In this document: one piece after another, positions 29,033-41,103 of the stretch | Layout: every line of letters starts with the position of its first letter | Position numbering within the stretch: position 1 is the stretch's first letter | NCBI GenBank assembly: GCA_000004695.1 | Contig: CM000150.2 | Span: forward strand, 4,672,001 to 4,736,000 | DNA from: Dictyostelium discoideum | Taxonomy: Eukaryota | Reading direction: 5' to 3' | Length of the DNA: 64,000 nt | The notes under the pieces: model-generated | Databases searched by the model: none | What the model was told of the DNA's origin: nothing | What the model saw: only the letters and a program-made list of their open reading frames with translations | Position numbers and translations under genes: made by a program

Positions 29033-30819
29033 TGGAAGACCCTGATATTTTATCAAACTTTTTATCAATTACAGGTTGTGATGATTCTTCATTGGCTACA
29101 ACCATTTTAGAGGTAACGTAATTATGGAAAAATAAAAATAAAAAAAAAAAAAAAAAAAAATTAAAAAATTAAAGGCTAACTTCAAATAAACATATTTTAA
29201 AAAAATATTTGCACAAAAAAAAAAAAATTAAAAAAATAAAAATAATAATTAAAAAATAGAACAATAATTGGGATGTTGAAAGAAGTGTAGATTTCTTTTT
29301 TACAATGAATGATCCATCAAATGTGAAACCAACAACATCATCAAAAAAGACATCATCCCCACCAACAGCATCATCATCATCAGCATCATCAGAATTTGAC
29401 TACAATGAAGATGAATTCAGAGATCCAATTCCTCAGAAAATGGATAAATTAGTAGATCACTATTATCAACCAACTCAAAGAAGTTACCAAAAACAAACCA
29501 ATGTCTTTGAGGCATTTAGAGATTTTGAGAAAGAAAGAGGTATAAGTATGTTTATTAATATTTTTTAAAATTTGATTTGATTTTATTTTATTTTAAATTT
29601 AATATTTATATATTTTTTTTTTTTTTTATTTTTTATTTTTTATTTATTTTTATAATTTTTTTTTTTTACAAAAGATCAAGATAAGGCAACAGAAAAACAA
29701 AAATCACTATCAGAATTATTTAAACCACCATTAGATATATTAACATTTGGAACATTTGATGAAATTAAAAAGATGGCGGAACAAAAGAAATATTTTGTAT
29801 TAGTAAATATTCAAGATGTTCAAGAATTTGATTGCCAAAAATTGAATAGAGATACATGGTCAAACAAAGATTTAAAAGAGTTAATAGGTGAAAATTTTGT
29901 ATTTTGGCAAGTGAATAGTGCAAATCCTGAAGGAAAATGGTTCACTCAAATCTATCCAGTTTTTAAATTTCCTTATATTGCAATCATTGACCCAAGAACA
30001 GGTCAAAAATTACAAGATATGACTGGATTTATAGATGCAGAAGAGATGGCTCAATATTTGGTTACATTTTTATCAACAAATTCTTTCAGTGGTCAAATTG
30101 ATCCACCACCATCATCCTCTTCATCTGGTGCCTCTAAAAAACAAAAGAAATACAACACAGAAGATGAAGAATTAGAATTAGCAATTGCGTTATCATTAAA
30201 ACAAGAACAAGAGAGAAATTCAAAAAGTGGTTCAACCTCACCACTATCACAACAACAACAACAACAACAACAACAAAATAATAATAATAATAATAATAAT
30301 AATAGTAACAATAATAATTCAACTTCAACAACAACTACAACATCAACTACTACTACTAAAATATTGGGAACAAATAATAAAAAAGATGAAAAAGAAGATG
30401 AAGATGATGTTGAAGAAAAAGATGAAGATTTTGAAGATGATGATGAAATTGAAGAGGATAACTATGATGATAATTATTATTACGGAGAAACAGTTCAAAA
30501 AGAAATATCAGAAGAAGAACAAAAGAAAGTTGAAATTAAACAACTCGTTGAGAAAATACAAGTTACCAGTAAAATTGGTACTGAAGGTGATTGCATCATT
30601 CAAGTTAGATGTCCCGGTGGTGAAACATTAAAAGGTCAATTCCATAGCCATGATCAAATTAAAAATATCTACTATTATGTTCAAGTTAAAACTGGTATTT
30701 CAAATTTCAAACTATTTACCTCTTTTCCAAAGCTTGACTTGTCTGGTGAATTAATGTCCAAAACTTTAAAAGAATTAGATTTGGCACCAAGAGCTGTTCT
30801 TAATATGCTACAAGAATAG
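29033..30819 (+). CDS. UBA-UAS-UBX domain protein (UBXD7/UBXN7-like); join(29033..29113,29260..29545,29675..30819)
   Basis: Exon 1 (MEDPDILSNFLSITGCDDSSLATTILE) and exon 2 (NNNWDVERSVDFFF…) form a UBA-like domain. Exon 3 contains the UAS/thioredoxin-like segment (KYFVLVNIQDVQEFDCQKLNRDTWSNKDLKELIGENFVFWQV…YPVFKFPYIAIIDPRTGQ), a UIM-like EDEELELAIALSLK, an acidic region, and a C-terminal UBX domain (…IQVRCPGGETLKGQFHSHDQIKNIYYYVQV…FPKLDL…). The donor at the end of exon 2 is ambiguous between 29539 and 29545; both are phase 1. Confidence 0.8.
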
Positions 30820-31720
30820 ATTTTTTTTTTTTTTTAAAAATCTTTTTTTATTGTATAATTATTTTTTTTTTTTGAAAAAAAAAAAAAAAAAAAAAGAAAA
30901 CTTGGTTAAATAAATACATATTGAACAAACATATAAATGAATCTATTTAGTGCTTGATTTTAATATATTCTAGTTTTAAAAATTTTTTTTTTTTATTTTA
31001 GATAGGGTAATCATAAAAGGTTTTAAAATTTTTTTTTTTTTTCTACAGATATTAATTAATTATTTGTGAGATCTAGAGCAATAGTAAATGTTTTTTTTTT
31101 TTTTTTAATTTATAACACTAAATAATTAGATAATAAAATTAAAATTAGGATTTAAAAAGGCTATTATTATTTTTTTTTTTATCATTATTTTTGATACCCA
31201 GTTTTAAATATTGTATCTAGAATTTTATAAATTTATCAAACAATAAAACTTTCTTTAAATGAATTGATTGAAGGAGACTATTATCAGAATCACTTGACTT
31301 GAAAAATATAAACTTTGCAAGTTACTTTTCTTAGTTATTTGTTTTAGGAAATGGTTTGAATATTTAAAACTTATTAGAACTTTTGGATTAATTTTAAATT
31401 TTTTTTTTTTTTTCTATTTTTTATACTAAAATCCTTTAAACTATCTAAATTAACATACAACTCATACATAGAAAGTTTTAATGATGAAATTGATCAAATT
31501 TAACAATTGGTTGAATGATTTCAATACCAAATAGTAAGAAACTTAAAGAGGTTTCAAGATAAATATAAGCCAACGAAAAAAGGATCAATATCATATGAAA
31601 AAAGGAGTGGAATACCTAGAGCATTGACCAGAGACAAAACGCTCAAAACTCTAGATAATAAACCAATTCATATACCAACAAAAATCTGGAAAATCAATTG
31701 AAGAATAACATGGATTTCTT

Positions 31721-31761
<41 letters not shown>

Positions 31762-31858
31762 TGGATTAACAAGATTGATATATGTCTATCTGTGTTAATA
31801 CGAGTTTTATTTAATATTTATTTAAAGGCTTATCATTTAAGCTGAAGGGTTATTTTAA

Positions 31859-34800
31859 TCATATGAATTGATCAAAAGATATAATATTTGGGAGAGATGA
31901 TTCTGGAATACAATAGTAATTAGCTGTTTTTTTTCTTAGCTTGATCGTTGAAGTGAGAAGGATCTTAGGATCTTTGAAGTTATTATGGTCTTTTGCTGAT
32001 AAGTTTTTCAGATCTTTTGCTTTTTTGATGTATTCTAGAGTGGCCAATTTGTGCCATTTCTTTAGAAGGGAGCTGTATGATAGTGATTCATCTGTTAAAG
32101 GATCTTCACTGTATATTTGATTGCAAATCCAAATCCAAATGTTGTGGAGGATAAGGGCCATTAGGTTTCTATATGCGAATGATCTGGTTAGATCATATTC
32201 TATTGCTTTATAGTTCCATTCAAAGTATTCTTTGTGGAATCTGTCGTTGGCGTAATCTGCATTCACTTCTTGATCTTTTTTGGCTGTCGGTGATAATTTT
32301 GGAGTTATTCTATTAATGAAATTGTTATTTTGCCTAATTCTTGTATGGTGCCAGTTTTTACCTTTGCCTGTGGTAATATAGATGAAATTTTTGAGTTTAT
32401 TTATTTTTATGAATTGTTTTGTTTTCTTGCATGAGAAGAACAGGTGACCGTATGGGTCTTTGCTCATATCTTCTTTGCAGAGTGGGCATTGTTTGTTGTG
32501 AAGGTAGTTTATTGGAAGGCATCTGGCATGGAATCTAAACATTGTGTCTCTTGTTTTAGGGTCTTTTATCTTCAGTATGTTGTTGAAGAGTTGATTATAG
32601 CTGTAGCCTCTTAAGTTTAGAGATGATTGGAATTCCGTTTTAGGGATGGTTGGATTTTGGTCTTGAATTGTGGTATACCATTCTGCCAGTGAAAGTGGTC
32701 GTCCATTTTCGTTTTTTATGGATGTGAGATTATTGTTGAAGATTGCTTTTTTTATTCTTATTTTGTTCCATTCGTCTAAGTTTTCTTTTAGGTATCTGGA
32801 TGTGAATTTGTTTTTTTGAATCTGATATTCCCAGCTTTTGTGATGAGATGAGTTTGTTTGTTTGGTTTCTAGTGCTAGGATGAACTGGTTTATGATCCAA
32901 AGTTTCTGCGCCAGTTGTCTCAATTCTATATTCCAAATGTTCCAGCCCCCTACTTTTAGTGGGTATCTTGCTCTTTTGGTTCTCATTAAATTAATAACTT
33001 GAAATCCACTAGCATTTTTGTTGTTTGGTGCCGATAAAAACCATTCGACTAATTAATTGATTTGGTTTAATTCCTCTTCCTTAAAGTTCTCTACATATGA
33101 ATAGTAGGTTAATTTAGAGAGTGCGAATGCTTTGAGGATGTTGGTTTTGGTTTTGATTGTTGAGTCAGTGGTTTTCCATAGTACTAAGGATGATCTTATT
33201 GTGTTTAATATTTCTGGCATTTTTCTTGTTATCCCTTTACCTGTGAAGAAGTATCCCAAGTATCTTTCTGGATTTGTAGATATTGGAATTCTTTGGTTGG
33301 TATTGTCTGGGTTGCCTATAAGAATTGATGAAGATTTGTCCATGTTAAGTTTTGAGGAAGTGGCTTTGCAAAATGAATTGAAGTGTTGTAGTACTAATTC
33401 AAGTTGTTGAGAGTCTGGGACCATTGAAGCCGAGTCGTCTGCAAAGCTTTGGAATTTCTCTCTGTGGTTGCTGTTGTTTAGAGGAAGGCCAGTAATTCGG
33501 TCATCTTGTAAAATTTTTCTAGCTAAAGCCTCTATTACAAGGACGAACAGGGTGGGTGATAGTGGATCTCCTTGTTTAACTCCTCTTTTGATCTCAAAGG
33601 GTATAGTAGTTCTACCATTAATTTCAATTCTTGCTTCAGATTTGGTGAGTAGATTCATTATCAGGTTGATTATATTGGTTGGAATGTTGATGTGTTGTAG
33701 TGATCTAAGTATTGAACCGTGTGAGATCGAGTCAAAAGCTTTTTCGAAATCATATAGTGTAATTATTCCGTTAATTCTTTTATCATTACAATAGTTGATT
33801 AATTCGTTCATTGATATGATATTATCTAGAATGAATCTGCCTGGTACGAAACCTTTTTGATTGTGGTTGATCACTTTCGTTAGTATTGGGATTATTCTAT
33901 TGTTTATTAGCTTTGAGTGGATTTTATATATACAGTTAGCCAGTGTAATTGGTCTTCTGTTTTTGATTAGTTCGGGGTCTCCCTTTTTAGGTATCGTGAT
34001 AATGAGGCCTTCTTTGTAATTTTTGCTAATTAGATGAGGATTTCTTAGAGTGTCGTTGAATGCTGAGGCCAGTATTGGAGCTAGTTTTTCTTTGTGTGTT
34101 ATGTAGAATAAGTTTGGAATTCCATCTGGACCTGGAGATTTGTGTGGGTTCAGTTGTTTTATTACTTCTAGGATCTCTTGTGAGGTGAATTCATTTTCAA
34201 GGTTGTCCCATGTTGAGTCCCTGGTCACTGTCCAATTTTCCAACATTTCGTAATGAGATGGTGGGTCATCTTCTTTGTAGTCATAAAGATTTGAGTAATA
34301 TTTTACGTATTCTTCTTCGATCAATTCCTGTTTGTTGATTGTTCTACCTTGTGCATCTTTTACTGCGTTGATGGTGAAATCATTGTGTCTTTTCTTGATT
34401 CTCGCGGAGATGTACTTGAGTGAGGTTTCTTCGCAATAGTTGTTCAATTCTTGTTTAAGTTGTTCTTCTCTTTTTTTAGATTCATTTATTGCTGAAAGGG
34501 TTGCGAAGGCTTGGTCTTTAAATTCTGTCTCTAGTAGGGAGATTAGATTTTTGATGTTTGCCTTATTGTTGTAGTCGTTTTGTTTTTGAAATTCGGTGTA
34601 TAGTTGTTTTATTTTGTTCAGTAAGCTGTTGAGTTGAGAGAAGGAAATAGAGTTATGGTTGGCTGACAGCTCCCTTGAATAATCGTTAAGTAGGAAGTCT
34701 ATTTTCTTAAGCATTATGCTTGAGAGGATTGAGGATTTTTTTAATCTCCATCTGCGCTTGTTCATCTGTATGTTGGGTAGAGTGAAAGTGGTTGATAGGA

Positions 34801-35458
34801 AGTTGTGATCTGATAGAGGTATGTCGTTAATTTTTGGGGGGATTAGGTTCCTTAGGTATAATTGGCTGTAGTTGATTAAGCTATTGTTAAGGTATATTCT
34901 GTCTAGTCTCCTTTCCAAGATTCTTGTGAGGTTATTGTTTGTGTTGTGTATCGTTCTTGAGAAGGTGGGTCTTTTATTTAGTTGGTCCATATCCATTAGG
35001 TTATTTGAAATTCTGATGGCTTCGATTACTGTGGCCATCTCATCTGGGGATTGTGTTGTCAAGTTGCCTTGGTCATCATTTGATGTGTGATTGTCATTGA
35101 AGTCTAAACAGTTGAAGTCTCCTGCTATGATGTCGATGTTTTTATTAGGGTTAGACGTTAGGTTGTGGTATTGGTTGTTGAAGTGTTTGTTTAGTGTTGA
35201 AGCTAGTGTTTTTCTTTTATCAGGTTGGGCCGGGGTGTATATGGCCAAGATTCTCGTTGTGGTATCTTTTATTAGAATGTCTGATATTATTAGTCTACCT
35301 TCTATTATGAATATTGGTGAGAGTTTTATGTTTTGGTTGTTGTGGTTTAGTATTCCTATTCCGTTGCCTCTGTTGGTTGCACTAATGATGGAGCCAGGAA
35401 ATAGCTGGTGTGCTTGTGTTGCGTCAGCATTGAGTTCATTGACTATGGTTAGTGCCAA
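31859..35458 (-). CDS. Retrotransposon ORF2 (APE endonuclease - RT - Zn knuckle), split over two frames (33053..35458 and 31859..32986)
   Basis: See the mobile_element entry. The frame change near 32987-33052 indicates a frameshift in this copy, or a natural frameshift site. An intact copy is needed for comparison. Confidence 0.7.
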
Positions 35459-35907
35459 TGAGTTTGGGGGGGATTGGGATTTGATAAAGTCTGTTTTGTT
35501 TTTGAAGGAGGTGTCAGTGCCCCAACCTCTGACATTCCATTGGTTGATTTTGATTACTACTATTATGAGATGATATCGATCTCCTCTTGGGAGTCGTATA
35601 GCTGCGGTTTGGATGGTGAAGGGTAGATACTCTCTATGAAGCTCTCAATGATTCCTTTACTTTCTTTTTTGACAGGTGTCTTAGGGGTGGATGGGATGTA
35701 AGGGTTGCTTCTGTTTATTGTTGGTGAGAGTTGGGTGACTTCATTGTTTGAGTGGATTTCCTCGTTCTTGCGTTTATGTGATGGAGGGATGTTTAGTGTC
35801 TTCTCTCTGTTTTCCGAGGATGAATGGATGTTATTGCTCGTTTTGTTGGCATTGTCTTTTTGGATGGCGTTGGATGTTGTGGTAGTGGTTGTGGTGGGTT
35901 TAACAGA

Positions 35908-36813
35908 TTAAGATTCTGCTGGGTTTTTGGGGGGAAGAGGTTGAGATGACTTTTTTGCTTGGGCTTTTTTCTCTTGTGTTGATTGTTTTTCAGACTGATT
36001 GTTTGCTGGGTTGTTTGTTTGTTGTTGTGGTTTTGGTTGAGAGGATTTGATTGCTATCCTGTTTTGGGTGTTAGGAGGATCTGTCATCTCATCTTCTAAT
36101 GGTTCCTCCGTGTTGTTTGTCTCTACTTTCTTGTTTTTCTTTTGTGAGGAGTAGGTTTTGGTGGCCGTTCTGATGGTAAAGTTTGCGATTTCTGTAATGT
36201 GTTGGCCAGATTTCATTTGATCGCCTATTTTGCATTCTATTAGACCGAATACTATGAGGTGGTCGGTGGAGTATATAGTATTGTATATTGCATAGGGTAT
36301 TTCTTCTGCAAAGGCAGTTTTGATGAGGGCGTCCACTATTCCTGCCTTTTCTCTGGGAATTCTTACTCTTCCTGTGAGGACGTGGAAGTCTCTACTGGAG
36401 GTGATGAAGGTTCCCAATTTGCTTCTATCTCTAATGATATTTAGGAGAGATTGTTCGTTTTTAATCATCAGGTGGATCATTTTTCTAGTTCCTTTGCCTA
36501 TGTATATCTTGTCGAATGGGATATCGTAGTTTGAGAGTGTTTTTCTCATTTCTTCTAACCCCTTGAGATCCATTTTGGGGAATTCGAGTGTAATTGGGTA
36601 GAATCCGTTGTTCTTCTCATAGGTTGAGAGCGCAGTCATGTTCAATATGGTCTCGCAGTATTTGGAGATGTCTTTGAGGCCTATTGATAGTTTGGGGTAG
36701 GTCTCCTTTATCTCTGCTGTTTTTGTGGAGAATTCCTTAATGAAGTTCTCCGATGCCTCGTCCATATGGGTGGAGGGGTTGGCCATTTTAGCCGCGTCTG
36801 CGTAGGAATTCAT
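35908..36813 (-). CDS. Retrotransposon ORF1 protein (301 aa)
   Basis: The ORF reads MNSYADAAKMANPSTHMDEASENF… and ends in a basic/Q-rich C-terminus. It lies immediately inside the element 5' end. Confidence 0.7.
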   Translation of the reverse strand: MNSYADAAKMANPSTHMDEASENFIKEFSTKTAEIKETYPKLSIGLKDISKYCETILNMTALSTYEKNNGFYPITLEFPKMDLKGLEEMRKTLSNYDIPFDKIYIGKGTRKMIHLMIKNEQSLLNIIRDRSKLGTFITSSRDFHVLTGRVRIPREKAGIVDALIKTAFAEEIPYAIYNTIYSTDHLIVFGLIECKIGDQMKSGQHITEIANFTIRTATKTYSSQKKNKKVETNNTEEPLEDEMTDPPNTQNRIAIKSSQPKPQQQTNNPANNQSEKQSTQEKKAQAKKSSQPLPPKNPAES

Positions 36814-37020
36814 CTCGATGGGATTCCTTTGAATCGGCGATTTGGTATGTTAGATCTGTAGATCGTGGGATTGGTGATTTTTTTTGAAAAATTGGTTAAA
36901 ATTGACCGAGATTAAAGATAGAAAAGGATGAATTACTTTTCACGTGTATCTTGTATCCTCTTGATCGCGGTACGGTTTTTTTTTACATGGATTTCTTAAT
37001 ATTTTTAAACCATTAAAGGT

Positions 37021-37031
37021 TTCGAACCTGC
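37021..37031 (-). promoter_or_regulatory. External B box (exB) downstream of tRNA gene
   Basis: On the tRNA strand, GGTTCGAAACC lies about 21-31 nt past the tRNA 3' end. This is a second B-box-like element, as typically found downstream of Dictyostelium tRNA genes. Confidence 0.6.
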
Positions 37032-37051
37032 GATCCTTCTTTTCATTTAAA

Positions 37052-37123
37052 AGGCTCCAATGAGGATCGAACTCATGACCTCTTCCTTACTAGGGAAGCG
37101 CAATACCACTATGCTATGGAGCC
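37052..37123 (-). tRNA. tRNA-Thr (anticodon AGU)
   Basis: The reverse complement reads GGCTCCATAGCATAGTGGTATTGCGCTTCCCTAGTAAGGAAGAGGTCATGAGTTCGATCCTCATTGGAGCCT. The 7-bp acceptor stem is GGCTCCA/TGGAGCC. The A box is TAGCATAGTGG. The anticodon stem is CTTCC/GGAAG with loop CTAGTAA (U33, anticodon AGT, A37). The T arm is ATGAG-TTCGATC-CTCAT. A T-run follows on the coding strand as terminator. Confidence 0.9.
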
Positions 37124-37163
37124 ATTTCTGAAATTATAATATTTAATGAAAGATCCAGTCCGT

Positions 37164-37167
<4 letters not shown>

Positions 37168-37208
<41 letters not shown>

Positions 37209-37375
37209 CATTAAGTATCAAATCAAAGCAACGGCCAGAAGAACAAAATAAATTAGACTCACTAATCTCGCTAAAGCTATTACAATTTAGCAGACAATGG
37301 AACTCACCTCTTCACGCAATAGAACTTCCTAAACATCTCAAAAAATACAATAATTCACTCAGTACTTTCTATAAA
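37168..37375 (-). mobile_element. Putative 5'-truncated retroelement remnant (TRE5-type position) upstream of tRNA-Thr
   Basis: On the tRNA strand, a non-AT-rich segment (…gcgtgaagaggtgagttccattgtctgctaaattgtaatagctttagcgagattagtgagtct…) ends in a ~35-nt oligo(A) (37168..37202). The oligo(A) finishes about 45 bp upstream of the tRNA 5' end, which is the characteristic TRE5 insertion distance. The element is only ~200 bp long. Confidence 0.4.
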
Positions 37376-37378
37376 TAA

Positions 37379-37429
<51 letters not shown>

Positions 37430-37739
37430 AAAAAAAAAAAAAACTGTGGGACCCCAGTTTATTCAGAAATTTTCCGAATTTTAATCTTTTTAAGAAAAAT
37501 TTTAAAAATTTGAAGAAAATTAAATGGAAATTCACAACAACACCACAATTTTTAAGCAACACAAATGCCTACAAAAAATAAGCGAAATTGTGGATAAAAC
37601 TCAATTAAAAAAAAAACAATTCAAATACGTCATAAACATCAATCACGAACCAGACGATAAAATAAAAAAAGATTTAGAAAAAAGTTTGGACAAAAAAGAT
37701 GTTTTAATCAAAAGTAATAATACAATTCAAAATTCGAAA

Positions 37740-37789
<50 letters not shown>

Positions 37790-37908
37790 TAAACCAACCC
37801 CTCTTTTAGAGACCCTGTAAAAAAAAAAAAAAAATAAAATAAAATGAGATCTAACATCTCAAGGAGAAGCAAATAATAATTGCGTTATCCAATTCAAAAA
37901 AAAAAAAA

Positions 37909-37972
37909 GTCCGTAATTTTTTATTAAAGACTTTTCTTGGATAATGCAATTTAAAAAATTACGGACTTTTTT
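37909..37972. repeat. Perfect 13-bp inverted repeat hairpin (gtccgtaattttt …35 nt… aaaaattacggac)
   Basis: The sequence reads agtccgtaattttttattaaagacttttcttggataatgcaatttaaaaaattacggact. The same motif ccagtccgtaatttttt also occurs at 37160-37176, directly abutting the oligo(A) of the putative TRE5 remnant. Confidence 0.8.
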
Positions 37973-38294
37973 TTTATTATTTTTTTATTATTTTTTTTAT
38001 TTAAATAAAAGATAAAGTCCATTATAATTGTATTAACATTTTTAATTAAAATAAATAAAAACCTCTGATGTATATAAAATAAAATTATAAAATAAAATGA
38101 AAAAAAAAGATAAAAAAATGAATATTTAGATAAATAAAAAAATTGTAAAAAAAAAATAGGAATGAAAATTTGTTTAGATAAAGTAAATTTGGTTAAATAA
38201 AAGCTAGCTAGAAGGTTGAATAAAGTTTTTTTTTTTTATTTTAAAGTATAGGAAATTTTACACGTAAAAAAAGGACATACAATCCTGTATTTTA

Positions 38295-38456
38295 TTAACT
38301 TTCATTTTCGCTTTCATTTTCGCTTTCATTATCGCTTTCATTTTTTTGATTTCCATCAATTTCACTATTACTATTTTTTTTTTTATTATTATTATCTTTT
38401 TCTCTTTCTTGATTACTATTGCTATTATCATTATCATTATCACCATCATTATCGTT

Positions 38457-38503
<47 letters not shown>

Positions 38504-39059
38504 TATTATTTTTATTATTTTTATTTTTATTTGAAAAAGCACCAGCACAACCTTTACAACCACAACTGGAACATTCTAAAATTGTTCCTTTAGTCAAATC
38601 CTTTTTAGGCACTCTACAAATACAGATATGGCTTAAATCTTGAATACATTTAAGACAACAAAGTCTTTCATATCCAGGTTTTTTCCATTTTGCAATTAAA
38701 TTCTTATCTGCATAACCTTCTGTCAAACAAAATTCATATAATTCTCTTGAGATTTCTTTGTTTTTATAAAATTTTTCATATACATATCTTGATCTTTGAT
38801 GATGAATTCTAAATATTGGCCAATTTACTTCATTTTTACGTTTACCTTCGTATGGGCTTGCTTCGACTGTATAAAAAAAAAAATGAAAAATAAAATAATA
38901 AAAATTAATATATGTGTTAATAAATCAAATTAAAAAAGGAATTGTATAATAAAGTAGTTAATTACCTTCTCTCATTTTTATATCAAATTCATCCAATGTC
39001 GGTGATATAATATCCCATCCTCTAGGATATTTCTTTTTGGATGTTTTTATTTTTGGCAT
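38295..39059 (-). CDS. bud31: BUD31/G10 splicing-associated protein with acidic C-terminal tail; complement(join(38295..38866,38966..39059))
   Basis: Exon 1 reads [31 protein letters not shown]|GTAATT. Exon 2 (phase 1) reads [76 protein letters not shown]…[10 protein letters not shown]…[12 protein letters not shown]. This is near-identical to human BUD31 over about 140 aa. A long N/D/E-rich tail follows. Confidence 0.9.
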
Positions 39060-40272
39060 TACTTTATGCTGAGAAATATTTAATTACCAAAATAAAAAAT
39101 AAAAAAAAATAAAAAAAATTTCGAAATTTTTAGGGGTTTTTTTTTTTTTTTTTTTTTTTTTATTTGTTTTTTTTTTATTTTTCACCAAAAAGATTAAGAA
39201 ATCCAACAAAAAAGATTTAGAAATTGCACAATTAAATAAAAAATGTAAAACATTTATGGTAAAGATTCAAAAAAAATAAAATAAAATAAAAAATAAAAAT
39301 ATTTGTTTTTCTCAACACTTATTTTTGGTTTCAATTTCCAAAATAAAAAATTTATAAGTTTTATTATGGTATATATATAGAAAATCAAACTAATTTTTTT
39401 TTTTTTTTTCACATAATTTCTATTCATGACATTTTATATCTATTTTACTTATTTGAGCATCCAGATGAGGTAAGTCATTTAAATATATCCAACAAAATAA
39501 TAACAATTAGTAATCAAAAAATAAAAGTAAAACTCTTTTGGTAAAAAAAAAAAAAAAAAAAAAAAAAAATTATTATAACAATAAAAAAAAAATATTATAA
39601 TAAAAAATATTTAATATAACCAATTACTATTATCAAATTATTTTTTTTTTATTTTTTTTTTTTATTAACTCCCAATTTAATTATACAAATAATTTGTTAT
39701 TTTTACTTTTTTTTTTTTTTTTAATTTTTTTTTATTTCTTTTTTTTAAAATTTTTAGTTGTTGCTATAATAAATTTTTATTATTATAACGAAATTTTACC
39801 TGTTTAAAATCAGATTACTGCCCCACACTCCCACATTTTATTTTTTTTTTTAATTTTTTTTAATTTTTTTAATTTTTTTTTAATTTTTTTTTTTACACCC
39901 AACTGGTGAGATATTTATTTTTAATTTTGTAGGCTGGTGTCAAAAAAAAAAAAAAATAAAAAAAAAACAAAAAAAAACAAAAAATTTAAAATAGTATGAC
40001 ATTAACTTATTTTCAGACTGGTATATGATTTTTTTTTTGTTTTTTTTTTTGTTTTTTATTTTTAAAAAATATTGTATAGAAAAAAAAAAAAAAAAAAACT
40101 TTTCAAAGCGATCAAAAAAAAAAATATAAATTAATATTTTTTTTTTTTTTATTTTTTTATTTTTTCTAAACCATCAACCACTGTCAAATAAAATTAATTA
40201 ATTAATTAATATAAATAAATATCTAATTTTTTTTTTTTTTTTTCAAAAAATATCTAAATACAATATAATAAA

Positions 40273-41103
40273 ATGAGCTCACAAAATACACCATCAGCTA
40301 CATCACCAACTATTGAACCACAAAATACTAATAATAATAATAATGAATCACAAACCACTCAAGTAGCAGCACCAGCAAATACATGCGTACCAAATTGTAA
40401 TAGTTGTACATCACCAAGTGTTACCAATTCCATTGAGATTGAACAATTGATTGCAAATAATCATGCATGGTCAACTAGAATTAAACAAGAGGATCCAGGA
40501 TTCTTTGCTCATTTAGCTCAAGCACAAAAACCACGTTTCCTTTGGATTGGTTGCTCAGATTCTCGTGTACCAGCTGAACGTTTAACCGGTTTAGAAAGTG
40601 GTCAAATCTTTGTACATCGTAATGTTGCCAATTTAGTGATTCACACCGACTTGAATTGTTTATCAGTACTCCAATATGCCGTTGAAGTTTTACAAGTTGA
40701 ACATATCATCGTTTGTGGTCACTATGGTTGTGGTGGTGTTGCAGCATCTTATGACAATCCAGAGTTGGGTCTTATCAATAATTGGTTACTCCATATTAGA
40801 GATCTCACTTTCAAACATGCCGAATTAATCGAAATGACTAAATCAAATAGAAAACGTTTATTATCTACCCTTTGTGAATTAAATGTCGTCGAACAATGTA
40901 ACAATTTGGGTAACACAACCATTATGCAATCTGCTTGGAAAAAAGGTCAAAATGTTAAAATCCATGGTTGGATCTATGGTATCCATGATGGTTATCTCCG
41001 TGATTTAGGTGTTTCCGCTTCATCTCGTGAAACTTTAGAATTAAATTATAAAAATGCTATTCTTAAATTAAAAGATAATTGTTCATTAGGTGATAGTAAT
41101 TAA
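40273..41103 (+). CDS. Beta-class carbonic anhydrase (276 aa)
   Basis: The motifs …[14 protein letters not shown]…, …VHRNVANLV… and …[15 protein letters not shown]… match the Cys-Asp-Arg / His-x-x-Cys zinc-ligand signature of beta-CAs. It is a single exon with an S/T/N-rich N-terminal extension. Confidence 0.9.
   Translation: MSSQNTPSATSPTIEPQNTNNNNNESQTTQVAAPANTCVPNCNSCTSPSVTNSIEIEQLIANNHAWSTRIKQEDPGFFAHLAQAQKPRFLWIGCSDSRVPAERLTGLESGQIFVHRNVANLVIHTDLNCLSVLQYAVEVLQVEHIIVCGHYGCGGVAASYDNPELGLINNWLLHIRDLTFKHAELIEMTKSNRKRLLSTLCELNVVEQCNNLGNTTIMQSAWKKGQNVKIHGWIYGIHDGYLRDLGVSASSRETLELNYKNAILKLKDNCSLGDSN

Larger units (their letters stand above)
31724..36984 (-). mobile_element. Complete non-LTR (LINE-like) retrotransposon of the tRNA gene-targeting TRE3 type, 5261 bp. 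5' end at 36984 facing the tRNA; 3' oligo(A) at 31724..31756.
   Basis: A 16-bp target-site duplication acatggatttcttaat sits at 31708..31723 and 36985..37000. A poly-T run (poly-A on the element strand) abuts the left duplication. ORF1 is at 35908..36813. The ORF2 region 33053..35458 has an APE endonuclease (…AGDFNC…SDH…) followed by a reverse transcriptase (…QKGFVPGR…, …YDFEKAFDSISH…, …FADDSA…). A C-terminal segment 31859..32986 carries a CPLCKEDMSKDPYGHLFFSCKK zinc knuckle but is in a different frame. The element 5' end lies about 68 bp downstream of the tRNA-Thr gene and about 37 bp downstream of its external B box. Size and position fit TRE3-A; subtype assignment is from memory only. Confidence 0.85.

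Noticed and set aside
33132-36529. Short plus-strand ORFs inside the retrotransposon (33132.., 33468.., 34872.., 35091.., 35705.., 36259.., 36320..)
   Set aside because: They are antisense to the element's ORF1/ORF2, have no homology signal, and occur in GC-richer DNA where random ORFs are frequent.
37524-37820. ORF 37524..37820 (MEIHNNTTIFKQHK…)
   Set aside because: It is a K-rich low-complexity peptide ending in a long A-run, within a region that looks like retroelement 3'-end debris near the tRNA. There is no domain signal.
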